Shown here: positions 13,765 through 27,213 of the stretch, in pieces
Position numbering within the stretch: position 1 is the first letter of the stretch
How the letters are laid out: each line of letters opens with the position of its first letter
Origin: Eledone cirrhosa
Taxonomy: Eukaryota
Direction: 5' to 3'
DNA length: 64,000 bases
NCBI GenBank assembly: GCA_964016885.1
Contig: OZ024751.1
Location: forward strand, 15,686,001-15,750,000
Program-made: the position numbers and the translations under genes
Notes under the pieces: model-generated
Told to the model about the DNA's origin: nothing
Seen by the model: the letters and a program-made list of their open reading frames with translations, nothing else
Databases searched by the model: none

Positions 13765-13984
13765 GAAGAATCGATCCCCGTAGAGTTGTACTTTTTTTAT
13801 CGACACAGATTTGAACTCGGAGCGGTTCAGGGAGATGGATTGACTATCTCAAAGCATTGTATCCGACATTCTAATTACTCTACCAATTTGCAGTCTAAGG
13901 TTAAATATCTATCTCTAATTTAACCGCAAAGCCAGCAAGTTTAGGGTAAAGGCCAAATTTGATTAAATCAACTCCAATATTTAA

Positions 13985-14130
13985 CTGATACTTTATTTTA
14001 TCAACCGCGAAAGGATGAAAAGTAAAGTTGACCTCAACGGGATTTGAACCAGAAAGCCCAGAGAACCGGAATGAATAACCCGAATCATCCTATCGGACGC
14101 TCTAACGATTGTAGCCGTTTACCGCCTAAA
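13985..14130 (-). mobile_element. tRNA-derived SINE (main family), degenerate
   Basis: actttattttatc..aaggatgaaaagtaaagttgacctc..ggatttgaac signature. Confidence 0.7.
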
Positions 14131-14406
14131 CCAATAATTACAGACACCTATTTCTTATGTTAGAAACCGGAGACATGTTGCAAGATGACCGCTTATATGT
14201 TTTTAGAATAATAACATGATCATATATATATATATGTTCTTTAGATATTGCAATAAATGAAAAAAATAAGGTATGGAAACGAACGGTGAAAATGGTTTGA
14301 GAATTTCCCTAGCTCAAATGTCGGTGTTGCTATTATCTCATTGAGAAGTTTCTCTTATGTACCAAATTTCTTAAGAAACTACAGCTGTACAACATTCTTA
14401 ACTCAC

Positions 14407-14991
14407 CGATATCTAAAGTGTTGTCGTCAAACATTATGTTTATGGAATTATTAATTGATATCTAAAAAATAAAGAAACACCAAAACACAAACACAAAACA
14501 ACAAAACAGCAATAACAAACCCCAACCAAAAATTAACCAAAGCACATTTTCTTATGTAAACTTTCAAATATTTCCTGTTGAATCGGATATTACTAAGTTC
14601 ATGGGAAGACTAATCTAATCATAGATGTTTTTTTATCCGAAGGGGGTGGCGGAAAATAATGTGCTTAAGTTTTATGAAAAAACCACAAAACGAAACAATA
14701 AACAAAAACAAAAACAACAACACATGAACATAGTGTGTTGTTGTGCCTGAGTTCAAATACTATTTTTAGCTTATATTATTAATGAGTTACATACACCATT
14801 ATTGAAATAAGCTGCCAGTCATATTGTCTTGTTTCTAGTATTCTATTTGTGAATTGCAAATTACAAGAATAGGTATATCTTAAAGTCCAATCCCAAATTA
14901 CTGTGTATGGCTATTGGCAAATGCTATTATTCATTGCTAACGAATCTAAACAGGTTATATTCATCTTACTAATAAAGTCTGTTCCTGGTTC
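14407..14991 (-). pseudogene. Two candidate decayed exons (14991-14791, 14461-14407)
   Basis: T-tract+GCAG acceptor, then a 201-nt phase 0-0 segment with one TAG; a 55-nt segment bounded by tttttag and gtgagt; no recognisable homology. Confidence 0.3.
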
Positions 14992-15201
14992 CTGCAAAAA
15001 AAAAAAAAAAGATGGAAAACCTTCCATATCATTAGAATCGACGTGGAAATCCTCTTCAAAGAAATGTTAGATCTAGTAGATTATTTTCAATAGGATCACT
15101 AATTTAATTAGCTAAGCATTTAAATTAAGCAGCAAGGATGATGTCATTATTCAGCAATATATATATATATATATATATGAACTATATATATATGAACTAT
15201 A

Positions 15202-15267
<66 letters not shown>

Positions 15268-15480
15268 CTAACTATATATATATATATATATATATTATAT
15301 ATGTGTGAGTGTGTGTATATATATATATATATATTATATATATATATACACATTCATATACACACACATACATACTCATATATACATATACAAACATACA
15401 CACATATATATATATATATATATACACACTCATATATACATATACATGCATACATGTATGCATATATATATAATATATAT

Positions 15481-15585
<105 letters not shown>

Positions 15586-16002
15586 CATATGGACATATAA
15601 ATATATGCTTGAATTTATTTTCTCTTCATACTTGTTTTACAGAATACTAATTTAGTTCTTCAGATCTAAAGATAACACAAAACTCGCAGAAGGTTTATTA
15701 CGGTAATGACTGTCAACATTAGCACAGCAATGGCATGTCTAGCAGTGATTTATCATTGTTTGAAGCGACCCTGATAGTTGATAACTGCTTATTGTATTCT
15801 CTGTATAGAGACGGAACCAAAGCCATCCCTACTGGGAAGCTATTTTAAACACCGCAAGGTTTAATGTCGAATATTATTTCGGTATCTTAAACTTCAATGA
15901 CATTATAGAATTAGATTGTATCACTCATATATATATGTATATATGTGTATGTGTGTTGAATCACATGGTTGTGCCTGTGTAAATGTGTTGATATCGCCTC
16001 TC

Positions 16003-16034
<32 letters not shown>

Positions 16035-16052
16035 TGTATGTATGTATGTATG

Positions 16053-16081
<29 letters not shown>

Positions 16082-16083
<2 letters not shown>

Positions 16084-17747
16084 TTCCGGTTTTATAATTT
16101 CACAAATTTTTTCCCAATAGACAGAGAGTCGGTTTCTAACATAGACACAAGACTCTCTCATTGGAATTTACACAACATCAACTAAGTAGATTCTGTATGT
16201 ATGCATGTGTAGATGTGGATGTTATTGTATGTGTCGATGTGTATGTTTTGAGTTGTATGTGTGCATGTGTATATGCTTTGTATCTGTACATGTGTATATG
16301 CAGTTATTAGATGCAAAATTTTTGGAATGTTTTACATATTTTTACAGTTCCATTAATGGATTGTACTTGAAATTTCATAACTAGTTGTGTTCTTTCTATT
16401 CCTGTGAAGCCTAGCTTCTCAAGATTTGTATTGAGGCAGTTACTAACATACCCCAGTGCCCCAATAATCACAGGCATACATCTGAAGGTGTAATCAGGGT
16501 GGAGTATCTGCAGATTTCTCATCAGTTCTGCATAAATATTCTCCTTTTCACTAATCTTTGATATTGTATTGGCATCTGCTGGGCAGTTAATTTCCACTAC
16601 TATGCATGCTTTCTTCTCCCTGTCCCATATCATAATATCTGGTCTGTTATGCCTGCATTTTATTGGGGCTTTTACTGGAACATTCCACCAGTACTCTTTC
16701 ATATTATGTACATGGATATCTTCCCCATTGCTGTAGCTTTTAATGTGTTTATTATCGGGGCTATCTTTTTTACGAACTGCACTGTACAGTGTTTTGGCCA
16801 TTACATCATGCCTCATAGGTAGATAGTACCGCGATGACATCTCTGGACAGCTGCTGATGACATGGGTGATATCCTCGATGTTAGTTCTGCAGAGTCTGCA
16901 CTTGTTATCACATCTAGGTGTTTTGCCTGCATCCCTATCTCTTTTGTGAATCAGGTATTTCGTGTTAATCTCCTGTTCTTGGATTGCAAAAGCGTATCCT
17001 TCAAAGTGGGAGCCAATATAGCGGTTGTTGGTCCAAGATAGACTACTTTCCTTATCTATATTACTCTCACTCTGGAGCTTCCTGGCAACATATCCATGCA
17101 TGATTTTTTGCTGATAAGCATGCAGTTTTTCATCCATGGATTCACTGCGATACTGCTGAGCGACTTCCTCGGGTGGGAGTTTTTGATTATCACACGGGGA
17201 ATATCTCTCAAGGAGTTCCTTCCCAACTCTCATTATCTTATCTGTTTCATGCAGATAGACTTGCTCGAGAGACGGGCTCCTACGCTTCGAGGTTTGTAGA
17301 TGTTGTCGGAGGGATATGATGCGACATTCAAATGCTTTCTGCACTGATGTTAGGCCTCTGCCTCCCAGCTTACGTTTCAAGTAAAGGCGGTCTATGTCAC
17401 TGTTGATGTGGAAGTTCCCAGTGTCGTTTAGTATTTTTTGAGTTCTAACATCAACTGCTCGGATTTTATTTTATCAGTGAAAATAGTGTCCTCCCTCTCT
17501 GTCTTTAACCTTAGGATAGTAGCCCAAGAAGAAGACAGCCTCTCTATGGCTCTGACAATAATGTCTGGGACTTTATCAGGTTGGAGAGCCTCTATCATCC
17601 AAGCGTGGGGAACAGAACCGAAAGCTTTCCTGTAGTCCAGCCAGACTGTAGCCATATTCCTCCTAAGTTGTCGCACCTCCGACATTGTAGTTTTGTTGAT
17701 TAAGAGTTGTTCAGCATATCCTCAAACCCCTTTCTTTCCAGCTGCTT
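16082..17747 (-). mobile_element. 5'-truncated, internally deleted R4-type RLE-LINE in (TACA)n
   Basis: WLDYRKAFGSVPH (RT), GGRGL, AIQEQ, CRLC..EDITHVISSC, RHD, RPDI..E; the RT core (QG..PLS to YxDD) is absent at the ~17460 junction; (TATG)n on both sides. Confidence 0.88.
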
Positions 17748-17783
17748 GTATGTATGTATATATGTATGTATGTATGTATGTAT

Positions 17784-18355
17784 CCCAGTACAACCTGTCT
17801 CATGGTCGGGTCGTTGGCGACTAAACTGGCAACCCCACCAAGGTTTCTTGGTGAGGAGGGTGACTTTGGACATCCTGCGGGACTAAAAACAAAACCTGTC
17901 AAAAGGCAAAGGAGCTCTTAAGAGTCAATGGCCATCCAAAATCACCGGGAGAGATGACCCCTTAGCCTTTGTCAAGGCAGAATTCTAGGAGAAGGAAAAC
18001 TCTGATATAACACCTGCAACCCTGATGGTATCCAATGATGTTGACTTGTTCTTCTTTTTGGTAAATATCACCTTGGTTAAGAGAGTGGGACTGGCTTTGT
18101 GCAGTGCCTTTGCTCACTATAAAAGCTTCACGGCACATGCATTGCTTTAAATCTCGAGATCTCTCTGCACTTGTCGTCACATGGTACCATGGGCCCAGCA
18201 CTATGTGTCAATAATTGTCACAAGTGTAGTGTTTGTACCAGAGTTTTCAAGTCGCTGGTTGGACTAAAAAGTCACACTTGTTCAGCGCATCGGTAGGGGT
18301 TCTCCTACATGGATATAAAGTAGTGGCCGTACTCGAAAACGAGTTGGCAGCCACC
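17784..18355. mobile_element. ~570-bp non-coding interspersed repeat (copy 1)
   Basis: Close inverted copy at 40964-41530 (the supplied ORF translations of the two copies are nearly identical); both lie in TA/TATG microsatellite. Confidence 0.8.
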
Positions 18356-18381
18356 ATGTATATATGTATGTATATACATGT

Positions 18382-18428
<47 letters not shown>

Positions 18429-18778
18429 CCTGTATATGTATATATATATATATTAAGGGTGAAAGCAGCGATTCTTTGCTTAAATTTTAATCTATTATTT
18501 TAATATACATATATATATATATATATATATTAATTAACATATGTTTCCAAACACTTATTTACATCATAATTTGTTTTACAATTGTTTCATCCTCGTGGGC
18601 CTCATCATTTTATGAATAAATACTGTTGGAATACACAAAAAGCAATCCGTTGAGTTTTGTTTACATTTTACAAAACTGCGTAGTCATCAGAAGAGATATT
18701 GGTTGTCACGTGTAGCATGATGTTAATTCATATTGGTATACATTCATGTAATATATACACACACACACACGCACACGC

Positions 18779-18928
<150 letters not shown>

Positions 18929-19467
18929 GTATATATATATATAAATATGGATTGAGAGGGACGAGGCTGCGTGGTTACTGATAACGAGTGTTAGAAAGTA
19001 AAAGGAACACCAACAAGAGATAGACATTTTCCCCTCATCAGTTGTCTACTACGGGTCACAGATGTTTCAGCGCATTATAGACACTGCATCTATCCGTAGT
19101 GCACTCATAACTTATCTAAAACTTATATATATGTATGTTAAAAAGAGTGGGGGCTGGACTTGTGAGCTCTTGCCATTTCAACAACTAGTTCCTGACTAGC
19201 TGTTCGAACGGCAAGAGTTCAGCCGTCGGGCCGTCACTCTTTCTACTATCCTTAGTATCGGGTACTCTGTTGCATGCATTCCACCCTGTAAATACGAAAA
19301 CTGTAGTTGACAACATTAATATCCATGTATCTATATGATTGTTCAGTTGTATAAGAGGTTAATTATATGTACAAACATTGCTACTGCTCCGATGATTCCA
19401 AACGATAGTTTGGAAGAAAAGATTGTCAGCAATAAAATGATTTGAACATAGCTTTGATTATTGTGTA

Positions 19468-19560
<93 letters not shown>

Positions 19561-19629
19561 TATATAATCATTTATTTCACTAGCCGTGTATAAATTTTAA
19601 ATGTAAAAATGGTGCATAAAAGAAAAAGC

Positions 19630-20075
19630 AGTGACTATGTCACTTACTCTTTTCGGCGAAAGAAGGGAGTCACTATTTTAAAACCGATAGCATATGGTCT
19701 TCAAAATTATTTTTAATTAAACATACGGTATATTGACAAATATACTATACATACATTCATGTATACATCGCTATTTCAGAGCACCAATCCTAATACCTAA
19801 TTTTTGCTGGAACGGCAATCACTCTGTATAATCAGCTCCTGATTATTACTAGAATTCTATAAGAATCCAGCTTCTATAATTTTCGGCGAAAGCGGGGAGT
19901 GCGTGGCTCTGATGATCGCCAACAGCGTGAAACAGACTGTTAGCTTCTTTCCATTCTTTCGCCGAAAAGAAGTAAGTGACATAGTCACTACTTTAAAACC
20001 GATAGCGTATGGTCTTCAAAATGTTTTTAATTAAACATACGGTATATTGCCAAATATACTATACATAGATTCATA
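19630..20075 (+). mobile_element. HHR-containing, partially tandem, retrozyme/pLTR-like element
   Basis: Direct repeat 19669-19755 vs 19982-20070 (~313-bp unit); short inverted copy at 19630-19665; second monomer at 59533-59845; inverted tail at 20837-20911. Confidence 0.7.
19905..19945 (+). ncRNA. Type-I hammerhead ribozyme
   Basis: ggct-CTGATGA-tcgccaacagcgt-GAAA-cagactg-TT-agct, enclosed by a tttcggcgaaag/ctttcgccgaaa stem. Confidence 0.75.
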
Positions 20076-20091
20076 TATATATATATATATT

Positions 20092-20440
20092 ATTCAAAAT
20101 ATAAATAAATGAAGACGTTCACATAATCAAAATATATGTTTTATTATATATATTTCGGAGGTACTGTGCTGTTTTTTCAGTACGTCATCATCAGATAAAA
20201 TACATAAATTGATGTACGACATTCCTCAACTGTCTTGATGGTTTAATTTCAGTCTTGTTCAGCACAGTACCTCTGAAATATATATAATAAAGCATATATT
20301 TTGATTATGAGAACGTCTTCATTTATTAATTTTTTGAATAATATTAATAACTCCGGGAAACTTCTTTGTTGAGTGCTTTGAATCTATTTTAAAACTATAT
20401 TCATTGAGTAATCAATGAACCTTATTAACATTTGTTCATA
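20092..20440. mobile_element. Fold-back PLE-like element in (TA)n with an HHR in the left arm
   Basis: Inverted arms ~20092-20181 and 20260-20340; extra right tail with actccggg..ttgagtgc; same family as 45900-46115. Confidence 0.72.
20139..20200 (-). ncRNA. Minimal type-I hammerhead ribozyme
   Basis: Reverse complement: ttttat-CTGATGA-(tgacgtactg...cagtacctcc)-GAAA-tatata-TA-ataaaa. Confidence 0.7.
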
Positions 20441-20777
20441 TATATATATATATACACGTCGGAAGGTCTGTATCTCGATCGCTCATGAAATCCACCCAGC
20501 TTATGCTGACCGGATAACCATGTTGCTTGTTTATTCCTATCTTTGCGTTGCTTTCATTCTTCTATGTTGTTTACTTGTCTCACTCGCTTTACGCGATTTA
20601 CTTGTCCCAATAGCTTTATTTAGCTATTGCTCGCACCAACCCGAGGTATATGATTTTTAATGCGATGAAATATCAATGATGGTTGGCAAATCACTGACGA
20701 AAGACTATTTTTATCATATGTAACCCATGTGCAACCACGCAGTATTCTTCTTTCTTCTCATGTTTTATATATATATA

Positions 20778-20840
<63 letters not shown>

Positions 20841-20909
20841 TGTATGTATAGTATATTTGGCAATATACCGTATGTTTAATTAAAAACATTTTGAAGACCA
20901 TACGCTATC

Positions 20910-21028
<119 letters not shown>

Positions 21029-21885
21029 TTCTGAAATCACTGGCGCGTCACTATTAGAGCCAACTTTTGGGCTTTTTGTTTGATAAGAACATGTAAAGTA
21101 GAAATCTGGAAAGTAGTTTTCGTACCAGTTAGCAGCGTTGATTCTCCATAGAGATTAGCAGTTCTATGACGACTACCAACAAGTTGTATATAATTTAAAT
21201 ATTATATAACTTAAATTCTAGGTGAAGCTTGGAATTGTTTAATTAATATAGTTTTATTCAAACTGAAATCCCCGGATTATTGATAAGGTAATATCTTAAT
21301 TCTTTGACTATTCTTATCAAGTCTGGTTTTATCCAGAAATCCATGTACAATTTCTACTATGCAAGCTTAGAGAAAGAGAAATGCATATATTGTCCATGCT
21401 ATAAGTTTCATAATAGACATAAAACTGTGTTACTTTCTATTTTTTACTGGTCCTCGTCAGTAGACATTGGCTTCGCTAAGGCAGTGTCACGATTTAGTCG
21501 ATCGTATCAAACTCAGTATTTATTGTTTCCAAAGTTTGCTACGTATTTCGTCAATCTCTTTTTGTTCAACTGCTAAGTTATGGGACTTAAAAACACAGAG
21601 GCTGACACAAACGTAAATTCAGACAGGAATGCACTCACATGCACACACAGACACAAACACGCACACACAATTATGTATGCAGAAAGTAATCAGAAACAAT
21701 AAAGAAATACTTCAGTTTAACGCTTGATATAATAGGAAAACAGTCATTACGTTTCGGACAATTGTCCTTCACCAGAAGATAGATTGCGGAATAAAAGATG
21801 AAATAGAAAAATAGAGTGAGAAGAGGAAGGGACAGAACATTTTTTTAAAGAAAAATTACGTGTGTTTTCAGTCAGCCATTTTGTA

Positions 21886-21941
<56 letters not shown>

Positions 21942-21946
<5 letters not shown>

Positions 21947-22065
21947 GTTTCACTTCAATTTATCATACATTTTCGGTTGGTTTGTTCAACAAGCCAGATA
22001 ATTGTTTATATATTGTCAAAGCTCTTCTGTCACACATTCTGGGATCTTTTCAGTGACTGATTTCT
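21942..22065 (-). mobile_element. Degenerate solo pseudo-LTR of the 50.5-kb PLE family
   Basis: tttcacttcaattt..ggttggtttgttcaacaagccagata..gtcacacattctg..ttcagtgact resembles 48380-48525. Confidence 0.7.
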
Positions 22066-22326
22066 TATTTTGTGGATAAATGTATGCACATGCGCAGGGT
22101 TGCTATAGTAACCATTCCGCCTCGTGCCTTTATGACATATTATTTATTTCTGGCTTTAATCGACTAATTAAAATGGCTTCCTTAATTCTTAAATTCCCTC
22201 TATTCCTTTCACTTGCTTCTCAAATTTATCGATTGCTTTACTTTGAACTGTTTCAGCTTCGCATCTGAAAAGAGAGTATTAACCCTGAAATAATATGCCA
22301 TAATACACTGGACAACACATTACTTT

Positions 22327-22384
<58 letters not shown>

Positions 22385-22396
22385 CTCTATCTCCCC

Positions 22397-22472
<76 letters not shown>

Positions 22473-22536
22473 GTATAGATACATAATGCTTGATATGTTA
22501 AGACACTTTTTCTTATTTTATCAAGCATTAAAATAA

Positions 22537-22735
22537 CTAGTAGAAAACCAGCCTTCGGGTGGTTTTCTGCTGGCATGTGTAGTGTGCATATTGATGTTAT
22601 ACGCAAATATATATACATGTAGACATGATACGTCAAATGAAATCTTAATTGACAATATACACAGAAATTCAAGGGAGACTGTGTTACACTGTCTTCTATA
22701 ATCAGTAATCCATGATACATTTAAAAAAGATGATA
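22537..22735 (-). mobile_element. Inverted Helitron 3'-terminus copy
   Basis: ctagtagaaaacc..ggttttctgctgg, gactgtgttacact and agtaatccatgatacattt match the reverse complement of 26335-26503. Confidence 0.7.
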
Positions 22736-22940
22736 TTGTATATAAACTGCATTACAGCAACATTTTATGAAAAGGAAAAAGAAGAAAATTAGCGATAGAA
22801 ATATAAACCTTATATAACGATGCAAATATATGAACGTTTACATAAGCGATGTAATATAGAGTCCATTATATCATAACCGGAAGTATTAACATTTGAAAAT
22901 TTTAACAGAAATGAATCTTAAAATAAGCAATCATTATATA

Positions 22941-23303
22941 TGGTGAATTGGCAGTATCGGTAGAGGGTCGGACGCCATGCTTTGCAGCATAGAGTTACGG
23001 CTCTTTATGATCTGAGCTCAAATCCCGCCGAGGTTAACTTTGCCTTTCATCCTTATGGGGTCAATAAAATAAAGTACCAGTCACGCACTGGGGTCGATTT
23101 AATCGACTTCCCCCTCCCCCCAAATTACTGGCCTTGTGTCTATATAAGAAACCATTATTTATTGAAAGTAGAGGGTCGGACGCCATGCTTTGACGCCATG
23201 CTTTGACGCATATAGTTACGGCCCTTGCCATTCTGAGTTCAAATCCCGTCGAGGTTAACTTTGCCTTTTATCCTTATGGGGGTCGATAAAATAAAGTACC
23301 AGT
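22941..23303 (+). mobile_element. Two tandem tRNA-derived SINE copies
   Basis: A-box-like tggcagtatcgg, B-box gagttcaaatccc, body gaggttaactttgcctttcatcc..aataaagtaccag. Confidence 0.85.
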
Positions 23304-23569
23304 AATGCTGAAAGGTATATTGTTTTCATACGCGTTTTGCTGCTACCACTGTTGTTATGACTACCTCATACTACGTTCTCTATATATATCTAGTGTTTGG
23401 AATAGCAGACGAACATCAATTTTATAATATTACGTCTCTCATTTATTTAAAACATACATTTATTTCAAAGATTTCTTTTCTCCGCGTCAAAAGGTTATCC
23501 CAATGCATTCTGACAAACCACATTTGTTGCCGAAAATTCCTTTCCGGAGTATAGAAGAAGGGATAGAAA

Positions 23570-26503
23570 GCATGGTGGTCACACCCATACAATCAAACTT
23601 AAAGGTCAAAAATTTACTGTTGATAATCGTTGGATTGTTCCATATAACCCTTTCCTCTCATTGAGATATCAGTGCCACATCAATTGTGAGGTTGTCCAGA
23701 GTGTCAAGGCTGTTAAGTACTTATATAAGTACATCATAAAAGAATCAGACAAAATCTCTTTCACTATTAAGGATGATCAAGGAAATTGTGTCCATGCAGA
23801 AAATGAGATTGAGACCTATATCAATGCACAGTACATCTCAGCCAGTGAAGCATTTTGGAGAATCTATAAATTTCCATTACATCATCGAAAACCGCCAGTT
23901 GAAAAGTTGCCTTGCCATTTACCTGGGGAACAAATGGTCGTGTATGAGCGAGGGCAGGAAGAAAGTGTTGTTTCTAGGGGACAGCCAATAACTAAGTTGA
24001 CGGAATATTTTCAACTGAATATAGAGACCCACTGGCACAAAACATATTGTATATTGATATTCCTAAATATTTCACTTGGACAAACAAAAAGTGGCAAAGA
24101 AGAAAAAGGGACATGTGGATGGTGATCAACAATTTAGTGAATCTCTTGAACGCATTGAAACAGTTTCTCTCAGTAGACATCAATCTGAATTATATAACCG
24201 CAGAATGATCCTACATCACAAGGCTGGTTCAACTTCAATCACATATTTGAGGACAATTGAAGGAGTTGAATTTCCAACATTCCAAGAAGCATGCAGGAAA
24301 CTTGGTCTGTTAGATGAAGATGGAGAAAAAGACAAAGCTATGGAAGAGGCCTCATCCATTAAGCTTGGTCCTCAGCTGCGAGAGATCTTCTACACCATTT
24401 TATTGTACTGCATGCCAAATGACGCTCTGCAGTTCTGGGAGAAATGGAAGAATTCTTTTGCAGAGGATATCATGCATGAACGTCATGAGCAAGTCATTTC
24501 CATGCAAACCGTGCAGATTGTTCTACAGAAGATCCAACAAAGACTTAACAGACATTCATGCCAACTATGGACTTACTCGGCCAGACCCAATAATTGTTGC
24601 CATACCAGAAATCAACAGGTTTCTCATGGCAGAAACTTATTTCAATACACACCAACTGCAAGCAAATATAAATGAACTTCTGCCAACATTGAATCCTGAG
24701 CAACTGGATATTTTTCATAAAGTAATCACCTCTGTAAATGAAAATAAAGGCAGAATTTTCTACTTGAATGCAAGTGCAGGTACAGGAAAGACCTATGTTA
24801 TAAACATCCTATTGGATTACTTCTGATCTAAAAAGAAAATTGCACTTGCCACTGCCATATCTGGAATAGCAGCCACTTTGCTTCACAAAGGTAGAACTCT
24901 TCATTCCAAGTGCAAGATTCCTCTCAATGTGATTGCTGAATCAACTTGCTTCTTCACAAAGAGGGATGACACAGGTCAACCTATGCAGCAAGCTGACCTG
25001 CTAATCATTGATGAGATAGGTATGGAACATAAGCATATCTTTGAATGCTTTGACAGGAGCTTCAAAGATGTTCGAGATTGCAAAAAGCCATTTGGTGGTC
25101 TAACAATTACTATCTGGTGACTGGAAGCAAATTCTTCCAGTTGTACGTCATGGCGTTAGACCACAAATAGTTGAGGCAACCATCAAGAGATCCTATCTCT
25201 GGGACTATGTGGAAACCATGGAGATGACAACCAATCAACGGTTAATTAATGCAGAGGATTCTGATGAAAGACAGTTTTCAAACTACCTTCTTGATGTGGG
25301 AAATGGTAACATTCCAACTGTTCCAACTGTAGGTGCATTCACAATTATTCTGCCAAATGAACTTTGTCTGGAATATGGTAATGTGTCTGGACTGTGTCAT
25401 TTTGTGTATACAAATCTTCCAGGAAATTACACAAACCCACTATGGCTTGCAAATAGAGCCATTATCACTCCAACAAATGATGCAGCAAGATTGGTGAATG
25501 AGTTCATGGTGAACAAGTTCTCTGGTCATGAAATAATCTACAGAAGCTCTGATACAGTAGATAATGAACTGCAATATCCAATTGAGTTCATCAACAAACT
25601 TACCCCATCAGGCTTCCCAACACACATACTTAAACTGAAGAAAGGCTGTTGCATCATGCTTCTGAGAAATCTGGATTCTCTAAACGGGCATTGCAATGGT
25701 ACACGCTACATCATCAGTTTACATAATCATGTAATTGAAGCTGAAGTGGAATTGGGTCCCAATGCTGGAACAAGGTTGCTAATCCCAAGGATACCAGATG
25801 TATCTCAAGAGCTTGAGTTCCCTTTCACTTTTACTCGCAAGACATTTCCTGTCAAACCAGCCTTTGCCTTTACATGCAACAAGGCACAAGGGCAGACATT
25901 TGAAAAGATAGGTGTATATCTACCAACACAATCCTTCTCACATGGTCAGATGTATGTTGCATTATCACGAGTTATAAAAAAAGAAAATATTAAAATATTA
26001 AATGAAAGGGGTCTGTTTGCTGACAACTGTGTCAACAAAGAAATTCTACTGTGATGTGAAACAGTTATCACACTCTTTTAGTTGAAATGCATTTCAGTTT
26101 CTTTTTAACTGCTAGAAAAAGGACATTACAAAAACTTAAAAAGTCTATATGGGAATACAGTAAAACAACAATAAAGCGAAGGTCAACTCTTCATATTGGT
26201 AAATGTAATTCATTTATTCATACCAGCAGCATCTATTTTCAAATTCACTGCTTGAAGCTTCCCATTGACATTCTCAAGTGAATATTCATGAACATTTTCC
26301 GTCAACAGTTTCATCGCTTTTCCATCTCCATTATCACCTTTTTAAAAAATGTATCATGGATTACTTTACTGATTACAGAAGTAAGTGTAACACAGTCTTT
26401 GTTCAGTGCATATTGTCAATTGTGCATATTGTCAATTTACGTATCATATCTATGTGCATATATATTGCTAGCAGAAAACCGCTCGAAAGCGGTTTTCTGC
26501 TAG
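23570..26503 (+). mobile_element. Decayed Helitron (RepHel 3' part and 3' terminus)
   Basis: Coding remnants plus a terminal hairpin ending in CTAG|T at 26500-26504. Confidence 0.88.
23600..26054 (+). pseudogene. Helitron RepHel: Rep C-terminal region + Pif1-family SF1 helicase, with frameshifts and stops
   Basis: VDNRWIVPYN, CHINCE, KYLYKY, YISASEAFWRI; helicase motifs AGTGKT, IIDE, PFGG, LRNL..CNGTR, NKAQGQT, HGQMYVALSRV. Confidence 0.93.
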
Positions 26504-26617
26504 TATATATAATAAAGATAAGGTGTAGAAGTTTGCTTGAAGCAATAAGAAAATGAAAAGTGGGTTTGTTTAGGAAGCCGTTCAACTTCCTAAACATTAT
26601 CACTTTTCACATTCTTA

Positions 26618-26713
<96 letters not shown>

Positions 26714-26971
26714 CGAGATTTACAGTGTTTCCGCTTAGGAAATTATACTCGCCAAACATCGGTCAACTTGAATCTATAAAAGAAGACATTTGATCAAGTT
26801 CCCGCACAGCACGACAGAACGCCGAAAACTGAACACAGAAGCCCATAGTTTGCAAAGCAAACTCCTTCACCACACAGCCATACCCGTTTATATCAGGATG
26901 ACCGAGAACCAGCAAACAACGCTATAATATGCTCCGGCAACACTGAATAAATATGAAATGAGAGATATAAC

Positions 26972-27213
26972 TGTTTCTACGTTAGGCACAAGGCCAGCAA
27001 TTACCCAGTGTATTACTGGTACTTTATTTTATCGACCCCGTAAGGATGAAAGGCAAAGTTAACCTCGGCGGGATTTGAACTCAGAATGGCAAGGGCCGTA
27101 ACTCTATGCGTCAAAGCATGATGTCCGACCCTCTACCAATACTGTCAATCCACCGCCCTCACCAATACTGCCAATCCACCGCCCTCACAAATACTGCCAA
27201 TCCACCGCCCTCA
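26972..27213 (-). mobile_element. tRNA-derived SINE with triplicated 23-bp head
   Basis: Full SINE body followed by three copies of aatactgYcaatccaccgccctcac. Confidence 0.85.

Larger units (their letters stand above)
13405..13869. mobile_element. Fold-back PLE-like non-autonomous element with two head-to-head HHRs
   Basis: Inverted arms 13459-13651 and 13658-13869 around ggcacc; tail with ttgagtacc on the minus strand at 13419-13460; related copy at ~61645-61762. Confidence 0.75.
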
